From IMG/VR virus record IMGVR_UViG_3300021091_004136, positions 1 through 52,632 of that record: a stretch of 52,632 nt of DNA. One strand, written 5' to 3'. Position 1 is the first letter of the stretch, and each line of letters starts with the position of its first letter. The position numbers and the translations under genes are program-made. Below the pieces are notes generated by a model, which searched no databases, was not told where the DNA came from, and was given only the letters and a program-made list of their open reading frames with translations. This DNA comes from a virus. Its lineage: Duplodnaviria > Caudoviricetes. Shown piece by piece: positions 18,717 to 29,635 of this stretch.

Positions 18717-19174
18717 GATACAAATTTAATCGTGCTTATGCTAAGCCAGTCTTCGAGTAAGAAAATATAAAACTCATAATTATCTGAGTTATACATTAGC
18801 CAACGTTTTTCTAATAATTTGTCATCATCAAATACTACAGTAGCCACAAACAATTTACTACGATCATGTTTGAATATAAGTAAAGGTAGTTTATCAACTT
18901 GACGAGCTTGACGATTAGTTTGTTGCCACCACTCTATAAGTTGTGGCGTCTTATGTGTTAATAAACCACTGTTAATATGATCATCTGCATAGCCTTTTAC
19001 CTCAACACAAAATCTATTAACTAATCCAGGTATATACAAATCACCTTTTAGTTGATGTTTAGGGTCAAGTGCTCCGCTTCCAGGCACTCTTTCCCAGTTT
19101 AAACCTGTATGTTTACGTAACATATCCCGTGCTATAGTTTCAGTACGTGCGCCTTTTTGACGGCTATCTACCAC
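18713..19174 (-). CDS. D14: PD-(D/E)xK endonuclease/resolvase (T5 D14-like)
   Basis: VDSRQKG..E, RVPGSGA, GD...EVK motifs; position between D13 and D15. Start chosen at GTG 19174. Confidence 0.8.
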   Translation of the reverse strand: MVDSRQKGARTETIARDMLRKHTGLNWERVPGSGALDPKHQLKGDLYIPGLVNRFCVEVKGYADDHINSGLLTHKTPQLIEWWQQTNRQARQVDKLPLLIFKHDRSKLFVATVVFDDDKLLEKRWLMYNSDNYEFYIFLLEDWLSISTIKFVS

Positions 19175-19349
19175 TAACTGCCTCACTAACATGCTTAGCT
19201 AATCTTGCCCAATCAATATTGCCTAGATCGTCTGTATATAAGTCTGTAGGTTTTTGATCATTTAATGCTTGTTGTTCTAAAATTTTAGTGGCTTTTTCTA
19301 TACGCTTAGCACGTTTACTCATAATTTTTTCGTAATGCTTGTTGACCAT
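19164..19349 (-). CDS. Hypothetical protein
   Basis: 61-aa ORF tightly packed between D13 and D14. Confidence 0.6.
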   Translation of the reverse strand: MVNKHYEKIMSKRAKRIEKATKILEQQALNDQKPTDLYTDDLGNIDWARLAKHVSEAVSGR

Positions 19350-19351
19350 AT

Positions 19352-21151
19352 CTATCCTTCAATACAAGATATATTATTACGTTTAACAACATTTATTTTC
19401 TCTAAAAGTGGATGGCTAAACCCATGACTTACTAAAAAAGTATTTAGGTGTTCTTCGCGTAATAATACTTCTACTAATTTTTCTTTACCATCTACGTCTA
19501 ATGCTTCTACTGTTTCGTCAAGTATTAGTAAATTAATACGACTACTACTTAGTGTTTGCATTAATTTTCTAATTGCTAGCAGTGTGGCTACATTTACACG
19601 GGCTTTTTCACCGCCGCTAAGAGCATTTATATCAATGTCGCGACCATTATCAGTAATTACAACATTAAGTTTATCACTACTATTTACTTTAAAACTAATT
19701 TGAAATCTTCCGTCACTTAAATCTACTAAGTACTTATTAGTAATATCTTCTAAATCTTTAACTAAACATTCTATTTTATAAGCAACTAGTCCTGTAGTTG
19801 AAAATGTTTTTGTGAGTACTTGTAATATACTCATACGTTCATTCATAATATTAAGCTGAAAACTATGTTCTTCAAGTTCAATATTCATTTCTTGTAGCTG
19901 TTGTTTAATAGCATCTATTCTACTATTATGCTGCTGCGCTTTGTTATTATATTCTTCGGCTAGTTTAATACGTTGCTGAGTATTTTGTAAATTTTTAGAT
20001 AGTTCGTTGTATTGTACTTGAAGCTCGTTCTTATCTAGTATATTTGTAGTTAGTGACTTATCTATTAGTAATATTAACTTTTCAAATTCTTGCTCAATTT
20101 GTTTAGCTTGTTTATATTTAGTATCCTGTGACTCTAAATCGTTAGCAACAATTAAATTTGCAACCGCTTCTGCTCTAGCACTTTCTATTTCATGCATTTT
20201 TATATGTACAAGCTCACTTACTTTATTTTCATCAATCTTGCTAAAACAAGTAGGACATATACCATGCAAGTTATTTAAGCGTTTAATAAATGCTTCACCA
20301 TCACGTACAGTTTTCATGCATTCGGTTTGTTGCTGTTGCGCGTCTTTAAGCTTACTATAGTTTATAGGACGTATTTCTATAATAGGGTTTAAATTGTCTA
20401 ATTGTTTAATATAAGTATTATTTTGATTAATTTTACGATTAGTTTTATCTACATTAAGTATTTCTAGTTCAAGTTGTGCTACTTGTGTAGGTAAAGTACT
20501 ATCTAATACTTCTACCTTTTGTAATTGTCTTGGTGTTAGATCACTCTTTTCGTATTTATCTAGCCAGCTATTTATAGCTGTAATTTTTCCTTGACATTCA
20601 CTAATTTGTTTACCAAGTTCAATAGTATACTCTTTAAATATTTCTCCGGCTCGAGTATACTTAGTTAAGTTTAGTATTTCTATTAAAAACTTTTTTCTAG
20701 CAGTGTCGGCACTAGTTAAGAATTCTAAACTGCTAGCATTACTTTGATAAACAATTTGTGCAAAGCTTTTATGATCTATGCCTATAATTTCTTCAATAAT
20801 TTTATAGGTTTGTGTAGCAGTGTGAGCACTAATATCTACACCATTTTTTAATAATTTAACTGTTTGTTGAGTACCACGCGTGCATTTAATTGTATACTCA
20901 TTGTTATCTCGTTCTAGATCTAGTTCAATAATATAGCTTTTTTCTTTAACATACCTGTTTAGTATGTCAGCTTTTTTAATATTTTTACTATTTTTATTAA
21001 ACAATACTTCTTCTAGTATTAGTGCTACACTGCTTTTACCGTGTCCATTCTTACCAACTAGTTGTGTCAATGGTGCCTTAACAAAGTTGATAACATTATT
21101 TGCACCATAGCTAAAACAATTAGTCCAGCGTAGTTCTTTGATTGTTATCAT
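19352..21151 (-). CDS. D13: SbcC/Rad50-like recombination ATPase (T5 D13-like)
   Basis: GKNGHGKS Walker A, CPTC zinc hook, LSGGE signature and LILDE. Confidence 0.92.
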   Translation of the reverse strand: MITIKELRWTNCFSYGANNVINFVKAPLTQLVGKNGHGKSSVALILEEVLFNKNSKNIKKADILNRYVKEKSYIIELDLERDNNEYTIKCTRGTQQTVKLLKNGVDISAHTATQTYKIIEEIIGIDHKSFAQIVYQSNASSLEFLTSADTARKKFLIEILNLTKYTRAGEIFKEYTIELGKQISECQGKITAINSWLDKYEKSDLTPRQLQKVEVLDSTLPTQVAQLELEILNVDKTNRKINQNNTYIKQLDNLNPIIEIRPINYSKLKDAQQQQTECMKTVRDGEAFIKRLNNLHGICPTCFSKIDENKVSELVHIKMHEIESARAEAVANLIVANDLESQDTKYKQAKQIEQEFEKLILLIDKSLTTNILDKNELQVQYNELSKNLQNTQQRIKLAEEYNNKAQQHNSRIDAIKQQLQEMNIELEEHSFQLNIMNERMSILQVLTKTFSTTGLVAYKIECLVKDLEDITNKYLVDLSDGRFQISFKVNSSDKLNVVITDNGRDIDINALSGGEKARVNVATLLAIRKLMQTLSSSRINLLILDETVEALDVDGKEKLVEVLLREEHLNTFLVSHGFSHPLLEKINVVKRNNISCIEG

Positions 21152-21311
21152 TTTTCCAAAACCGTTTTTTATTTAAAAATCCTAGTTGCTCTACTAGTAA
21201 TATTGTATTTTTAGCTTGTTCATAGTAGTCAAGCCAGTGTTCTTGCATACCACACTCTCTTTCTGCTATTATTTTAGCTACATAAATCATGTTAGGATGA
21301 TACTCATTCAT
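21120..21311 (-). CDS. Hypothetical protein
   Basis: 63-aa ORF overlapping the ends of D12 and D13. Confidence 0.6.
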   Translation of the reverse strand: MNEYHPNMIYVAKIIAERECGMQEHWLDYYEQAKNTILLVEQLGFLNKKRFWKNDNNQRTTLD

Positions 21312-22263
21312 GTTCTATTTTATCTAAATTATTTTGCACTTCAAGTATGGCACGCTCTATAGTTGCTTCTGGCAAGTTTAGTATATATTGTAAATACTCA
21401 CGTACCTCTTCTACCAAACTCATATCCCTATCTAGCATAAGCTGTACATCGCTTATGCGCTTGATTACCTTGCGGTCAATTAAGTCACTATCTTCTAGTT
21501 CACCCAACTCTTGCAAATCACCCTCAACTTGGTAAATTGTATGATGATAAGGTGTTGACGGTTTAGGGTCATTTACACCTACTGTTTTACGAATAAGTTG
21601 TGGTAAATCTAATTTTATCCAACTATGTTGTAATGTATCTGTATCTAATAAAATTACACCTGTATCAACTATTTGACGATGAAAACTTGTAGTAATTGGA
21701 CTACCAGGATATAAAATATTAAGTTGACAATTTTCATAGCTATGTAAATCACCAGCTAATACTACATTCCAAGCATTAAAAATATTTAAATTTACTTCTG
21801 GTGTTACATGTGGTGGAATAGCCCCTCGAACATGTGTGCATAATATTTCTCCGCCTTCTGGCCAAGGATTATTTTTTTCAAAGTCTTTTAATTTGTTATA
21901 TGGAACAAATTCAATGCCATAATCGCTGTAGTAATCATCTACAATAATAACTTTACGATTCATTTTATTAGTAGCCTTAGCTAAATTAGTCATAAAAGTT
22001 GTAGATTTTTTTACTGCTTCATGATTGCCGCTATATATAATCGTGTTTATTTTACAGTGATTAATTAAATCAAAATAAATCTCTAGCTCTTCCATGCTAG
22101 GTAATTTATCAAAAACATCGCCACCTATAATAAATAGATCTGCATTATCTTGATGTAAAGTTAATTGTTGCCACAATAAATTATACCTATTTTTAGCCCA
22201 ATCTTGTGGTACATTCTTTTGCCCTAGTTTTATATGTATATCTGCTGTAAATAGTACTTTCAT
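21304..22263 (-). CDS. D12: SbcD/Mre11-like metallophosphoesterase nuclease (T5 D12-like)
   Basis: ADIH, GGDVFD, GNHE, GDLH and YPGSP motifs. Confidence 0.92.
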   Translation of the reverse strand: MKVLFTADIHIKLGQKNVPQDWAKNRYNLLWQQLTLHQDNADLFIIGGDVFDKLPSMEELEIYFDLINHCKINTIIYSGNHEAVKKSTTFMTNLAKATNKMNRKVIIVDDYYSDYGIEFVPYNKLKDFEKNNPWPEGGEILCTHVRGAIPPHVTPEVNLNIFNAWNVVLAGDLHSYENCQLNILYPGSPITTSFHRQIVDTGVILLDTDTLQHSWIKLDLPQLIRKTVGVNDPKPSTPYHHTIYQVEGDLQELGELEDSDLIDRKVIKRISDVQLMLDRDMSLVEEVREYLQYILNLPEATIERAILEVQNNLDKIEHE

Positions 22264-22272
22264 TATAGTCTC

Positions 22273-22306
22273 AAAAAGAATAGCCCAGTAACGTAAATTA
22301 CTGGGC
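22273..22306 (-). terminator. Intrinsic terminator after D11
   Basis: GCCCAGTAA/TTACTGGGC stem followed by a U-rich tract on the - strand. Confidence 0.7.
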
Positions 22307-22312
22307 CTATTA

Positions 22313-22948
22313 TTAACCTAATTCTTTGATAGCTTCTTGCTCGCTAGCATCACCCTCATCATCTTCAGCTGTGGTAACTTTTTCTAGTAGAGCTTTAACT
22401 TCATCTGGAGTAGGTCTTGGAAACTTGTCGTCAATGTTTTGTGCACTATTTGCAGCTGTTTTTTCTGCCTCTGTAAGGGCACGAGGCTTGCAACGTAATA
22501 CTTGTAGTGTATATTCGACATTAAATGCAAGTGGACCAGTTTTTTGACGTTTAAATACTACATCCCAACCTGTATCGTAGTCTGTAGGATCACCTAAATC
22601 TTCTGCAGCTGTAAGAATCTGTTCAAACAGCTTCTTTTTAAGATTAAGCGCCTTAACTCTACCATCTTTAGGATCGATACAATTGATGGAGTAACTCCAA
22701 CTGCATTTTAAATCAGGAAAATAATCTGGCATATGATCTTTTTCGAGATTATCGAATTTTTCTTTTTCACGACTAAAGGCTAAGCACTCAATAGGAATAT
22801 CCTTATTGTTAGTGCCTTTAATCCAATAAATATAGCGTGGCAAAACTCCACCAACTAATCTAACCGTATTTTCACCGTCTTTGTATTCGTAAGTTTCTAC
22901 TTTGTTTGTAGCTGCTTTCCCTTTAGTTTGTTTAAAGCTAATTGCCAT
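22313..22948 (-). CDS. D11: Putative ssDNA-binding protein (T5 D11-like)
   Basis: VRLVGGVLPRYIYW, LKKKLF, LGDPTDYDTGWDVVFKR and acidic tail; syntenic with T5. Confidence 0.85.
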   Translation of the reverse strand: MAISFKQTKGKAATNKVETYEYKDGENTVRLVGGVLPRYIYWIKGTNNKDIPIECLAFSREKEKFDNLEKDHMPDYFPDLKCSWSYSINCIDPKDGRVKALNLKKKLFEQILTAAEDLGDPTDYDTGWDVVFKRQKTGPLAFNVEYTLQVLRCKPRALTEAEKTAANSAQNIDDKFPRPTPDEVKALLEKVTTAEDDEGDASEQEAIKELG

Positions 22949-23311
22949 TTATTCCTCGTATTTAAAATATAGTTTATTATTGTTAAGTGTTAATAGCGGA
23001 TTGTATTTTATTGCGTTAATTTTTAGGTCTGGATAGTAACTTAAATCTAAATATGTGTAACCTAAATCTATATACTGTTGATAACTTCTACGTGCCGCTA
23101 GCGTTATATACTGCGATTTGAATAGTATATCTGTGTTATCATCAAAAAATAATTCAGCTGGCGATAGTAGATAACTACTTCCGCCTTCTAATCCAAGTTT
23201 AAATCTTTTATAGTATTCTTCAAGAATTTCTACTAATTTAATTGGATTATTGTTTGCTAGCCGTTCTAATTTACTAAGACTAAATCGAAAACTTTTTCTT
23301 TGATTTATCAT
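22949..23311 (-). CDS. Conserved hypothetical protein between D10 and D11
   Basis: 120-aa ORF abutting D11. Confidence 0.65.
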   Translation of the reverse strand: MINQRKSFRFSLSKLERLANNNPIKLVEILEEYYKRFKLGLEGGSSYLLSPAELFFDDNTDILFKSQYITLAARRSYQQYIDLGYTYLDLSYYPDLKINAIKYNPLLTLNNNKLYFKYEE

Positions 23312-23313
23312 AT

Positions 23314-23342
23314 ATTATAACACAATAGAAGTACTACTACAA
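23314..23342 (-). promoter_or_regulatory. sigma70-type promoter
   Basis: TTGTAG-17 bp-TATAAT with an AT-rich upstream segment. Confidence 0.7.
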
Positions 23343-23352
23343 GTTAAAATTT

Positions 23353-24657
23353 CTACACCAATATCGTTTCCCAGCCTTTTTTCATATATAGTCCTAGTCT
23401 ATCAGTATTTTGTTTTTTATCGGTCCAACCGCTAAATTGAATATCAACTACAATTGGTGATAATTTGCCTGGATATGGTCGCATTATTCGGCCAACAATT
23501 TGTTCTAGTAAACTGTCATTACTCATTGGTACTGCTAGGATGACGCAGCTGAGTATGTTGATTGAGATTCCTTCACTAAAGATTTGGCGGCTACCAGCAA
23601 TGCACATTTTTGTTTTGTTAAGGATTTGCTCTTTAGCATATTGCCGTTCTTCAAAGCTGGTGTCGCCAGTAACCAACAAACACGTTTCTCCAACATATTC
23701 TTTTACTTTCTCCAAAAATTCTACACGGTCTGCTACAACAAGCACACTATGCCCATGTTGTATATGATAAGTTGCAAGTGCACTGATATATTTTCTATAG
23801 TATTCGCTTTGTGTTAGTTCATTAATTTTTTCTACCCAAGGAACGTTATGTTTTAATGAAATATTGCTTTTTATTAGGTGTACTACTGGATTAATAGTAT
23901 TAGCCTGTTCAGGTTTAAATACTGTGGTACCAAAGTAATCTTGAAATAATACGTGCTTACCATCTTTGCGTTGCATAGTACCACTAAGTGCTAGTCTATA
24001 TCTACTGTGAAAGCTATCTATAGTTTGACTAAAAGTTGTGGCAGGACAGTGATGTGCTTCGTCTAATATAATTGTGCCAAATTCACGATTAATTTTTTCT
24101 AAATTTTTTACTATGCTTTGTACATTGCCAACTACAATAAAGTGATCTTCTACATCAAAATTACCACTGCCTATAATACCAGGACTAATACCAAATAATG
24201 TTTCGATTTCTTCATGCCATTGATCACGTAGCGCAGTAGTATGAGTTACAATTAGCGTTTTTTGGCCCCACTTACGTGCTATATGTAAAGCAGTAAATGT
24301 CTTACCCCAACCTACTAGTGCATTGATAAAGCAAGTATCTGTAACTTGATCATAAATTTCTTGTTGATCTGGACGCAGCGGATATCTAGCTGTAGGAAAC
24401 GGCACAGGATTTGTAACACGTTTGTCTACTATATTATATCCATCTGGTATTAGATCGATACGGCCTTGTGGCACACTAAGCATACCGCCACTAAAGCTTT
24501 TATAGTTTTTAATAGTTTCTACACTAACAAACTTCTTTGATCCAGTGTTTTTATGGATTTTATAAGTAAGTGTGTTCATGATAAACTTACTAGCAGCACT
24601 ACCTGGATTGTCCATGTAGATTCTATTGCTAATAATAGCTTTCACACTTTTCTCCAA
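23353..24657 (-). CDS. D10: SF2 DEAH-box helicase (T5 D10-like)
   Basis: GWGKT, DEAHH, LSGT and EQIVGRIMR motifs. Confidence 0.92.
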   Translation of the reverse strand: MEKSVKAIISNRIYMDNPGSAASKFIMNTLTYKIHKNTGSKKFVSVETIKNYKSFSGGMLSVPQGRIDLIPDGYNIVDKRVTNPVPFPTARYPLRPDQQEIYDQVTDTCFINALVGWGKTFTALHIARKWGQKTLIVTHTTALRDQWHEEIETLFGISPGIIGSGNFDVEDHFIVVGNVQSIVKNLEKINREFGTIILDEAHHCPATTFSQTIDSFHSRYRLALSGTMQRKDGKHVLFQDYFGTTVFKPEQANTINPVVHLIKSNISLKHNVPWVEKINELTQSEYYRKYISALATYHIQHGHSVLVVADRVEFLEKVKEYVGETCLLVTGDTSFEERQYAKEQILNKTKMCIAGSRQIFSEGISINILSCVILAVPMSNDSLLEQIVGRIMRPYPGKLSPIVVDIQFSGWTDKKQNTDRLGLYMKKGWETILV

Positions 24658-25205
24658 GTTGGTTTAATTGGTTCACTGTAAAATCCATATAATAAGTTTC
24701 TGCCACCATAACTAAGTATGCCAGCGTATATTTCGTTGTCTTGTGGTACTTGTAAGCTTTTAAATCTTTCAGCTAGGTCTTCAACCTCTAAAACACACCC
24801 AATGCCTTGTGCAGGGAAAACTTGTTTAAGTCTGTGTGTAGCCAGTTTGGCGCGCCTAGTTTTTTTATGTTGAAATAATTGTCCGTGGTTGTCTATAAAC
24901 CAGGTAGTACTTTTTGCCAGTTTTATTACGTCTTGTAAGAAATAGATAGCCGTACCTATAGGATACAAGCTATCACTTATTTGTAGCCTACGCAGTCCTA
25001 GTGTAGGTTTATCAATATTCTTATCATCTACTACACGGTATTTATCACTATAGATAACAGTATCTTGATCTACATACTCCTTACGATAGAATACTAAGCC
25101 ACCTAACTGCTGTGGCTCACGTTCACCTAGTCTAAATACGGGCCAAACTATTGCCGTCAGTTCTATAGGTTTCCTCAAAGTGTCCAAAACTATAATCATC
25201 TCCAA
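24642..25205 (-). CDS. Conserved hypothetical protein between polymerase and D10 (start uncertain)
   Basis: WPVFRL...VVDDKNIDKPTLGLRRL; occupies the same slot as in T5-like phages. Confidence 0.65.
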   Translation of the reverse strand: MEMIIVLDTLRKPIELTAIVWPVFRLGEREPQQLGGLVFYRKEYVDQDTVIYSDKYRVVDDKNIDKPTLGLRRLQISDSLYPIGTAIYFLQDVIKLAKSTTWFIDNHGQLFQHKKTRRAKLATHRLKQVFPAQGIGCVLEVEDLAERFKSLQVPQDNEIYAGILSYGGRNLLYGFYSEPIKPTWRKV

Positions 25206-27411
25206 TGTCTTGATCTACACCAATAGGAAAATTAGGAATATTACAACCCCAATCATATTGAGTATTATCTTTTAAAATATTGCAATATTGTTCTACATGC
25301 TCGGTCTTAACAAGTGCCACGATTGAGTCGTGTACAAGCATGAAGATTCTTGCGTCAAGTCCACACTTGCTAATTTCTCTAGCAGTTCCAATAGCTCCGA
25401 GTAGGTTAACGTCACTTGCCAGCGATTGGATTTCTGAATTAATTCCACTTCGTACTTCGTGGGCTGCAATTCCTTTGTCACTGCTGAATACGTTAGGAAG
25501 CCTTCTTTTTCGGCCAAAAAACGAGTAAGTATATCCATTTTGTTGAATAAAATCCTTGCGAGTGTCTAACCACTGTTTTAATTTTTTAAAAGTTGTAAAG
25601 TACTGTTTAATATCTTCACGAGCACGATCAACAGGATAATATTTACCTGTTGCTTTGCTAACAGTAAGACTTACCTTATCTGCACCGCTACCATACAATA
25701 TACCAAATGAAATAGCTTTAGCACTTTGACGCATATCTGAAAAAAGCTTTTTTACTTGTTGTACTTCACATGGTAAATCAAATACCATTTTAGCAATACT
25801 ACTATGAAAATCTTCGCCATCTGTAAATACTTTTTGTAAATTTTTGTCGCCTGATAACACAGCGGCATAGTACATTTCAGCAGTTCTTAGGTCTTGCGAA
25901 ACGATCTTATAGCCCGACGGAGCTTTGATGCAGCCTTTGATGATTGGGTCGTCTCGTGGGATTTGTTGCGCATTAAATTTCCCACTGCTAGAAAGACGGC
26001 CACTAGTGGTAAAGATAAGATTAAAATTAGTACGAATCCTATCATCCCTATCAAGCTCAGGAAGTATCTTGTGTATATATGTGTTTTGGATCTTGGATAA
26101 TTTACGTACTTGTAATATCGCTTTAGGAAGCTCATGTTCTTCACTTAATTGTTCCAGGACTTCAGCATCTGTGCTTATAGCACCTGTGCCTGTTTTTTTA
26201 CCTGTTGGTGTTAAACCTACATAGTCAAATAATATACTACGTAGTTGCATAACGCTATTAGGGTTAAATACTTTTGATTCATTTTTTTCAAATAGTTTAA
26301 CTTCGTCGAACGTATAAATATGCTGTTTAGCCTCTTCAATTGTTTCAGTTAAATATTTATCAGCAAATTCCATACGTTCACGACTAATAGGAATACCTAC
26401 TTCTTCCATATCCATTAAGAATAGTGTACCTGGAATTAAAATTTCACTATAAACTTTACGCAAATTATCATTCTTTTGTACAATAGGCCAAAATTTGTTA
26501 AATAGTTCTAGTGTAACTGCTGTGTCTATACTGGCATATTCGCTGATAATATCAAAAGGTATTAAGTCATAAGTAAAATTCTCATTAAGAACACCGTGTT
26601 GACGACAATACTCTTTTTTAAATTCATCCAGTTTAGCGTCGTAGTCACCATAGTCTGTGTATTTTAGTGCTAAATCTTTTAAACCGTGACTGTCCGTTTC
26701 GTCAAGTACATAGTGCATAACCATAGTATCATGTACTCTGGTACGATCAAAGTCTAAGTTAAGGTGATATTTGAGCATTTTATAGTCAAATTTCATATTA
26801 TGAAATACGATAGTAAAACGTGTACAAATTTCTTGTAGCAATCTAAGAGAATTGTAGTCTATACAATCGCAGCTAACATATCTGCCGTGATTAGGTTTAT
26901 AACTAATACTAATTCCTAGAACATAGCCATCACGAGGATATAGTCCAGTCGTTTCCGTATCTATAGCTACTACACCTTGCGCATTTTCTAATACTTCTTG
27001 AAAAAAACTATAAGCATCATGTTCGTTGTTAATACCGTCAAAATTTCCAGTTTTAACGCCAGTAATTTCACCACGAATATGTTTATGTATTTTGTCTACT
27101 GCACGTTCAAAATCAGGTTTTCCTTCTGGCTTAAATGCTAACATTGCAGGGTTACTAATTGGTATAAATTTTTTATTTATTAGTTGACCAGAATAATTAG
27201 TTACGCTAGTAACCTTGGCATATTCTTTAGACGCTTCAGCCCCTACCAAGATCACTAAATCATAGAGATCGGTATCAACATTAAGATCAACATCTTTTTT
27301 AAGTAATTTAGTAATTGGTTTCGAACTCATATGAAAGTGATCATAGTCAAATTCGAAATAATCACTATATCGTGTACGATTAGGTGCTTTATCAATTACA
27401 GCAATTTTCAT
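25132..27411 (-). CDS. pol: DNA polymerase, family A (T5-type)
   Basis: Exo I DTETTGL, Exo II HNMKFD, TTSGRLSS, motif A SQDLRTAE, motif B RQSAKAISFGILYG and motif C VHDS. Confidence 0.96.
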   Translation of the reverse strand: MKIAVIDKAPNRTRYSDYFEFDYDHFHMSSKPITKLLKKDVDLNVDTDLYDLVILVGAEASKEYAKVTSVTNYSGQLINKKFIPISNPAMLAFKPEGKPDFERAVDKIHKHIRGEITGVKTGNFDGINNEHDAYSFFQEVLENAQGVVAIDTETTGLYPRDGYVLGISISYKPNHGRYVSCDCIDYNSLRLLQEICTRFTIVFHNMKFDYKMLKYHLNLDFDRTRVHDTMVMHYVLDETDSHGLKDLALKYTDYGDYDAKLDEFKKEYCRQHGVLNENFTYDLIPFDIISEYASIDTAVTLELFNKFWPIVQKNDNLRKVYSEILIPGTLFLMDMEEVGIPISRERMEFADKYLTETIEEAKQHIYTFDEVKLFEKNESKVFNPNSVMQLRSILFDYVGLTPTGKKTGTGAISTDAEVLEQLSEEHELPKAILQVRKLSKIQNTYIHKILPELDRDDRIRTNFNLIFTTSGRLSSSGKFNAQQIPRDDPIIKGCIKAPSGYKIVSQDLRTAEMYYAAVLSGDKNLQKVFTDGEDFHSSIAKMVFDLPCEVQQVKKLFSDMRQSAKAISFGILYGSGADKVSLTVSKATGKYYPVDRAREDIKQYFTTFKKLKQWLDTRKDFIQQNGYTYSFFGRKRRLPNVFSSDKGIAAHEVRSGINSEIQSLASDVNLLGAIGTAREISKCGLDARIFMLVHDSIVALVKTEHVEQYCNILKDNTQYDWGCNIPNFPIGVDQDIGDDYSFGHFEETYRTDGNSLARI

Positions 27412-28253
27412 TGAATATACTCTTTTATACTTTGTACATTTATTGTGTCTAATTCACCAGGATCAACACCGTCTGGTAATTTAATAATTTCTACAATAAA
27501 ATCATCTTCTAAGATTGGTTTAATTTGTTTTGCTGCTTTTTCTCCTGCTTCATCACCATCAAATAAGATGTATATATTTGTAACACCTTGTGCTTTAAAT
27601 GGCAATAATTTTTGTTTTGTTGTATTTTGTAATGTATTTGTTCCAAAACAGCAGATTGCATTTCTTACTCCTTTATCGTATAAATTAAGCATGTCAAATA
27701 TACCTTCTACTAATATAATGCTGCGACTAGGCTGCTCTAAATAGCTAGGAAATAAAGGTAGTTGTGTTCCGGCAGGGTAATTAATATATCTAGGATTTAC
27801 GTTGCTTAGTGTATGTCTGCCAACAAAGACTTTAGTCTGATTAGTAACGTCTTTTATTGGAAATACAATACGATCTTGTAATTTTTCTACTTGATTGGTA
27901 TAAAATGCATTAAAATGTTTAAGTGTTTGTGCACTAATTCCACGAAATGATTTAGTCCAAGGTGTATGTCCTATAGGTATATCAACTTCTTGTTTTACAC
28001 TAAGCTCATATAATTTCTTTTTAAGATTAGCAATTTTAAGCGGCACGGGATTAGTAAAAACACCAAAATATTTAAAAATATTAGTTTTAAATCCGCAACT
28101 AAAGCAGTGGGCTGCACCGCTAACACGATCAATTCTAAAACTAGGATTATTATCCTCATGTTCTGGATTTAAACATTTAATTACGTAATCTCTTCCACTT
28201 ATACTATAACTTAAACTATTTTTTTGTAATAATTCTAATATTGGATCATTCAT
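27408..28253 (-). CDS. DNA primase (zinc finger + TOPRIM)
   Basis: CLNPEHED..PS...HCFSCG; LVEGIFD, FDGDEAG and DPG motifs. Confidence 0.93.
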   Translation of the reverse strand: MNDPILELLQKNSLSYSISGRDYVIKCLNPEHEDNNPSFRIDRVSGAAHCFSCGFKTNIFKYFGVFTNPVPLKIANLKKKLYELSVKQEVDIPIGHTPWTKSFRGISAQTLKHFNAFYTNQVEKLQDRIVFPIKDVTNQTKVFVGRHTLSNVNPRYINYPAGTQLPLFPSYLEQPSRSIILVEGIFDMLNLYDKGVRNAICCFGTNTLQNTTKQKLLPFKAQGVTNIYILFDGDEAGEKAAKQIKPILEDDFIVEIIKLPDGVDPGELDTINVQSIKEYIQ

Positions 28254-29633
28254 CTATGCATTCCATGGTAAGTCTGCACTAGTATCATCTTGTTTTAGAT
28301 TCTTTTTACCTGCTTTTTTAATAATTTCTTTTTCTTGTGGTTTATCTATGCTTTGTGGACTAATTTTAAGAGTTTCCCAGTCTATAGGACTAGTGAATCT
28401 CATTTCTTTACCGCCACGAATTTTAGTAGTTTCAAAACTAATAGCATTACTACTTTTGTCATGCGCTTCCATTACCAGTGCAATATCAGCAGCATCTAAA
28501 ATACCTTTAGCAAATCGTGCCTCACCAGTTGCATCAATTTGATAAGGACTTACCATTACAATTTCGTATTTTCTAGCTAAATTTTTTAGTTTCTTCGATA
28601 CTTCGATTTGTGGTTTCCAATCATACATATCGGAACCTTCAATAACAATTTGATTTAAGTAGTCTACTACTATAACTTGTAATTTGTCACCAAATTTAGC
28701 TTTTGCTTTGCCAATGTGCAGATCGATACCACTAATGGTAAGGTCTCTATCATCAACAATAATCATTTGATTATCTGGTTTTAGTTGATAATTTCGTACT
28801 AAATTTTCTTCAAATTTAAATCTATCACGATGCCGCATAAAATCTAGTACGGATTGATCGGCTTCTTCAAACATGTTTGCTCTAGTTTTTACTATACTTA
28901 ATATTTCAGTATCTGTTAATTTATTTTGTTTTAATCGTTGCAAATCGACGCCTGATAGTATTGAAAGATTACGCTCCATAACCTCATATGCAGTCATTTC
29001 TATAGAGAAATATATTGAACTATTTCCATTTTCATACTGATTAACAAAAATATTACTGCTAGTAATACTTTTGCCACTACCTCGTTTGCCGCCGATGAGT
29101 ACGAGCTCTTGTCTAGCCACACCACCAAGAACAGCATCAAAAGTATTATTAAGACCCAAATAAACACGTTCTTTCTCCAAGTCATCTGGATGGCGAAATA
29201 ACATCATATCAGCCATAGTAAATACTTTTTCACTAGTATGTGTTTTTTCCTCTATAGTCATGGCTATAGTAGATAAGTTTTCTTTTATCTCATTGCTATC
29301 ATAAAGTGGTAATTTATCTACAAATTTATCTAGTAGCTTTACAGTTTCATTTTGTGTATATTGATCTATCAATGCATCTAGCGCAATTTCTGCACTAACA
29401 TCAGGTACTTCCGTTAAGCGGAGAGTAGCTAACGTTTTAGACGCTGGACCCTCCCTTATAGTTAATGCTAAATCGTCAAAACTTGGTACACTGTGGTACT
29501 TTTCATAGTGTTTATTGATTGCACCGTAAAGAGAGCTGTACGCAGGGTCTAAAAATACTAGCTTGAGTCTGGCCCATAATTCAAGGTTTTGTTCAGCTAG
29601 TAGTTTATTTAAGACTACTGCACTCGTATCCAA
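28254..29633 (-). CDS. Replicative DnaB-like helicase (T5 D6-like)
   Basis: GKRGSGKS, FSIEM, VVDYLNQ and SPYQID motifs. Confidence 0.92.
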   Translation of the reverse strand: MDTSAVVLNKLLAEQNLELWARLKLVFLDPAYSSLYGAINKHYEKYHSVPSFDDLALTIREGPASKTLATLRLTEVPDVSAEIALDALIDQYTQNETVKLLDKFVDKLPLYDSNEIKENLSTIAMTIEEKTHTSEKVFTMADMMLFRHPDDLEKERVYLGLNNTFDAVLGGVARQELVLIGGKRGSGKSITSSNIFVNQYENGNSSIYFSIEMTAYEVMERNLSILSGVDLQRLKQNKLTDTEILSIVKTRANMFEEADQSVLDFMRHRDRFKFEENLVRNYQLKPDNQMIIVDDRDLTISGIDLHIGKAKAKFGDKLQVIVVDYLNQIVIEGSDMYDWKPQIEVSKKLKNLARKYEIVMVSPYQIDATGEARFAKGILDAADIALVMEAHDKSSNAISFETTKIRGGKEMRFTSPIDWETLKISPQSIDKPQEKEIIKKAGKKNLKQDDTSADLPWNA

Positions 29634-29635
29634 GG

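Noticed and set aside
15372-29633. Inteins, introns or homing endonucleases in the RNR, polymerase or helicases
   Set aside because: Protein lengths are compact, motifs are contiguous, and no splice motifs or HNH/LAGLIDADG ORFs were seen.
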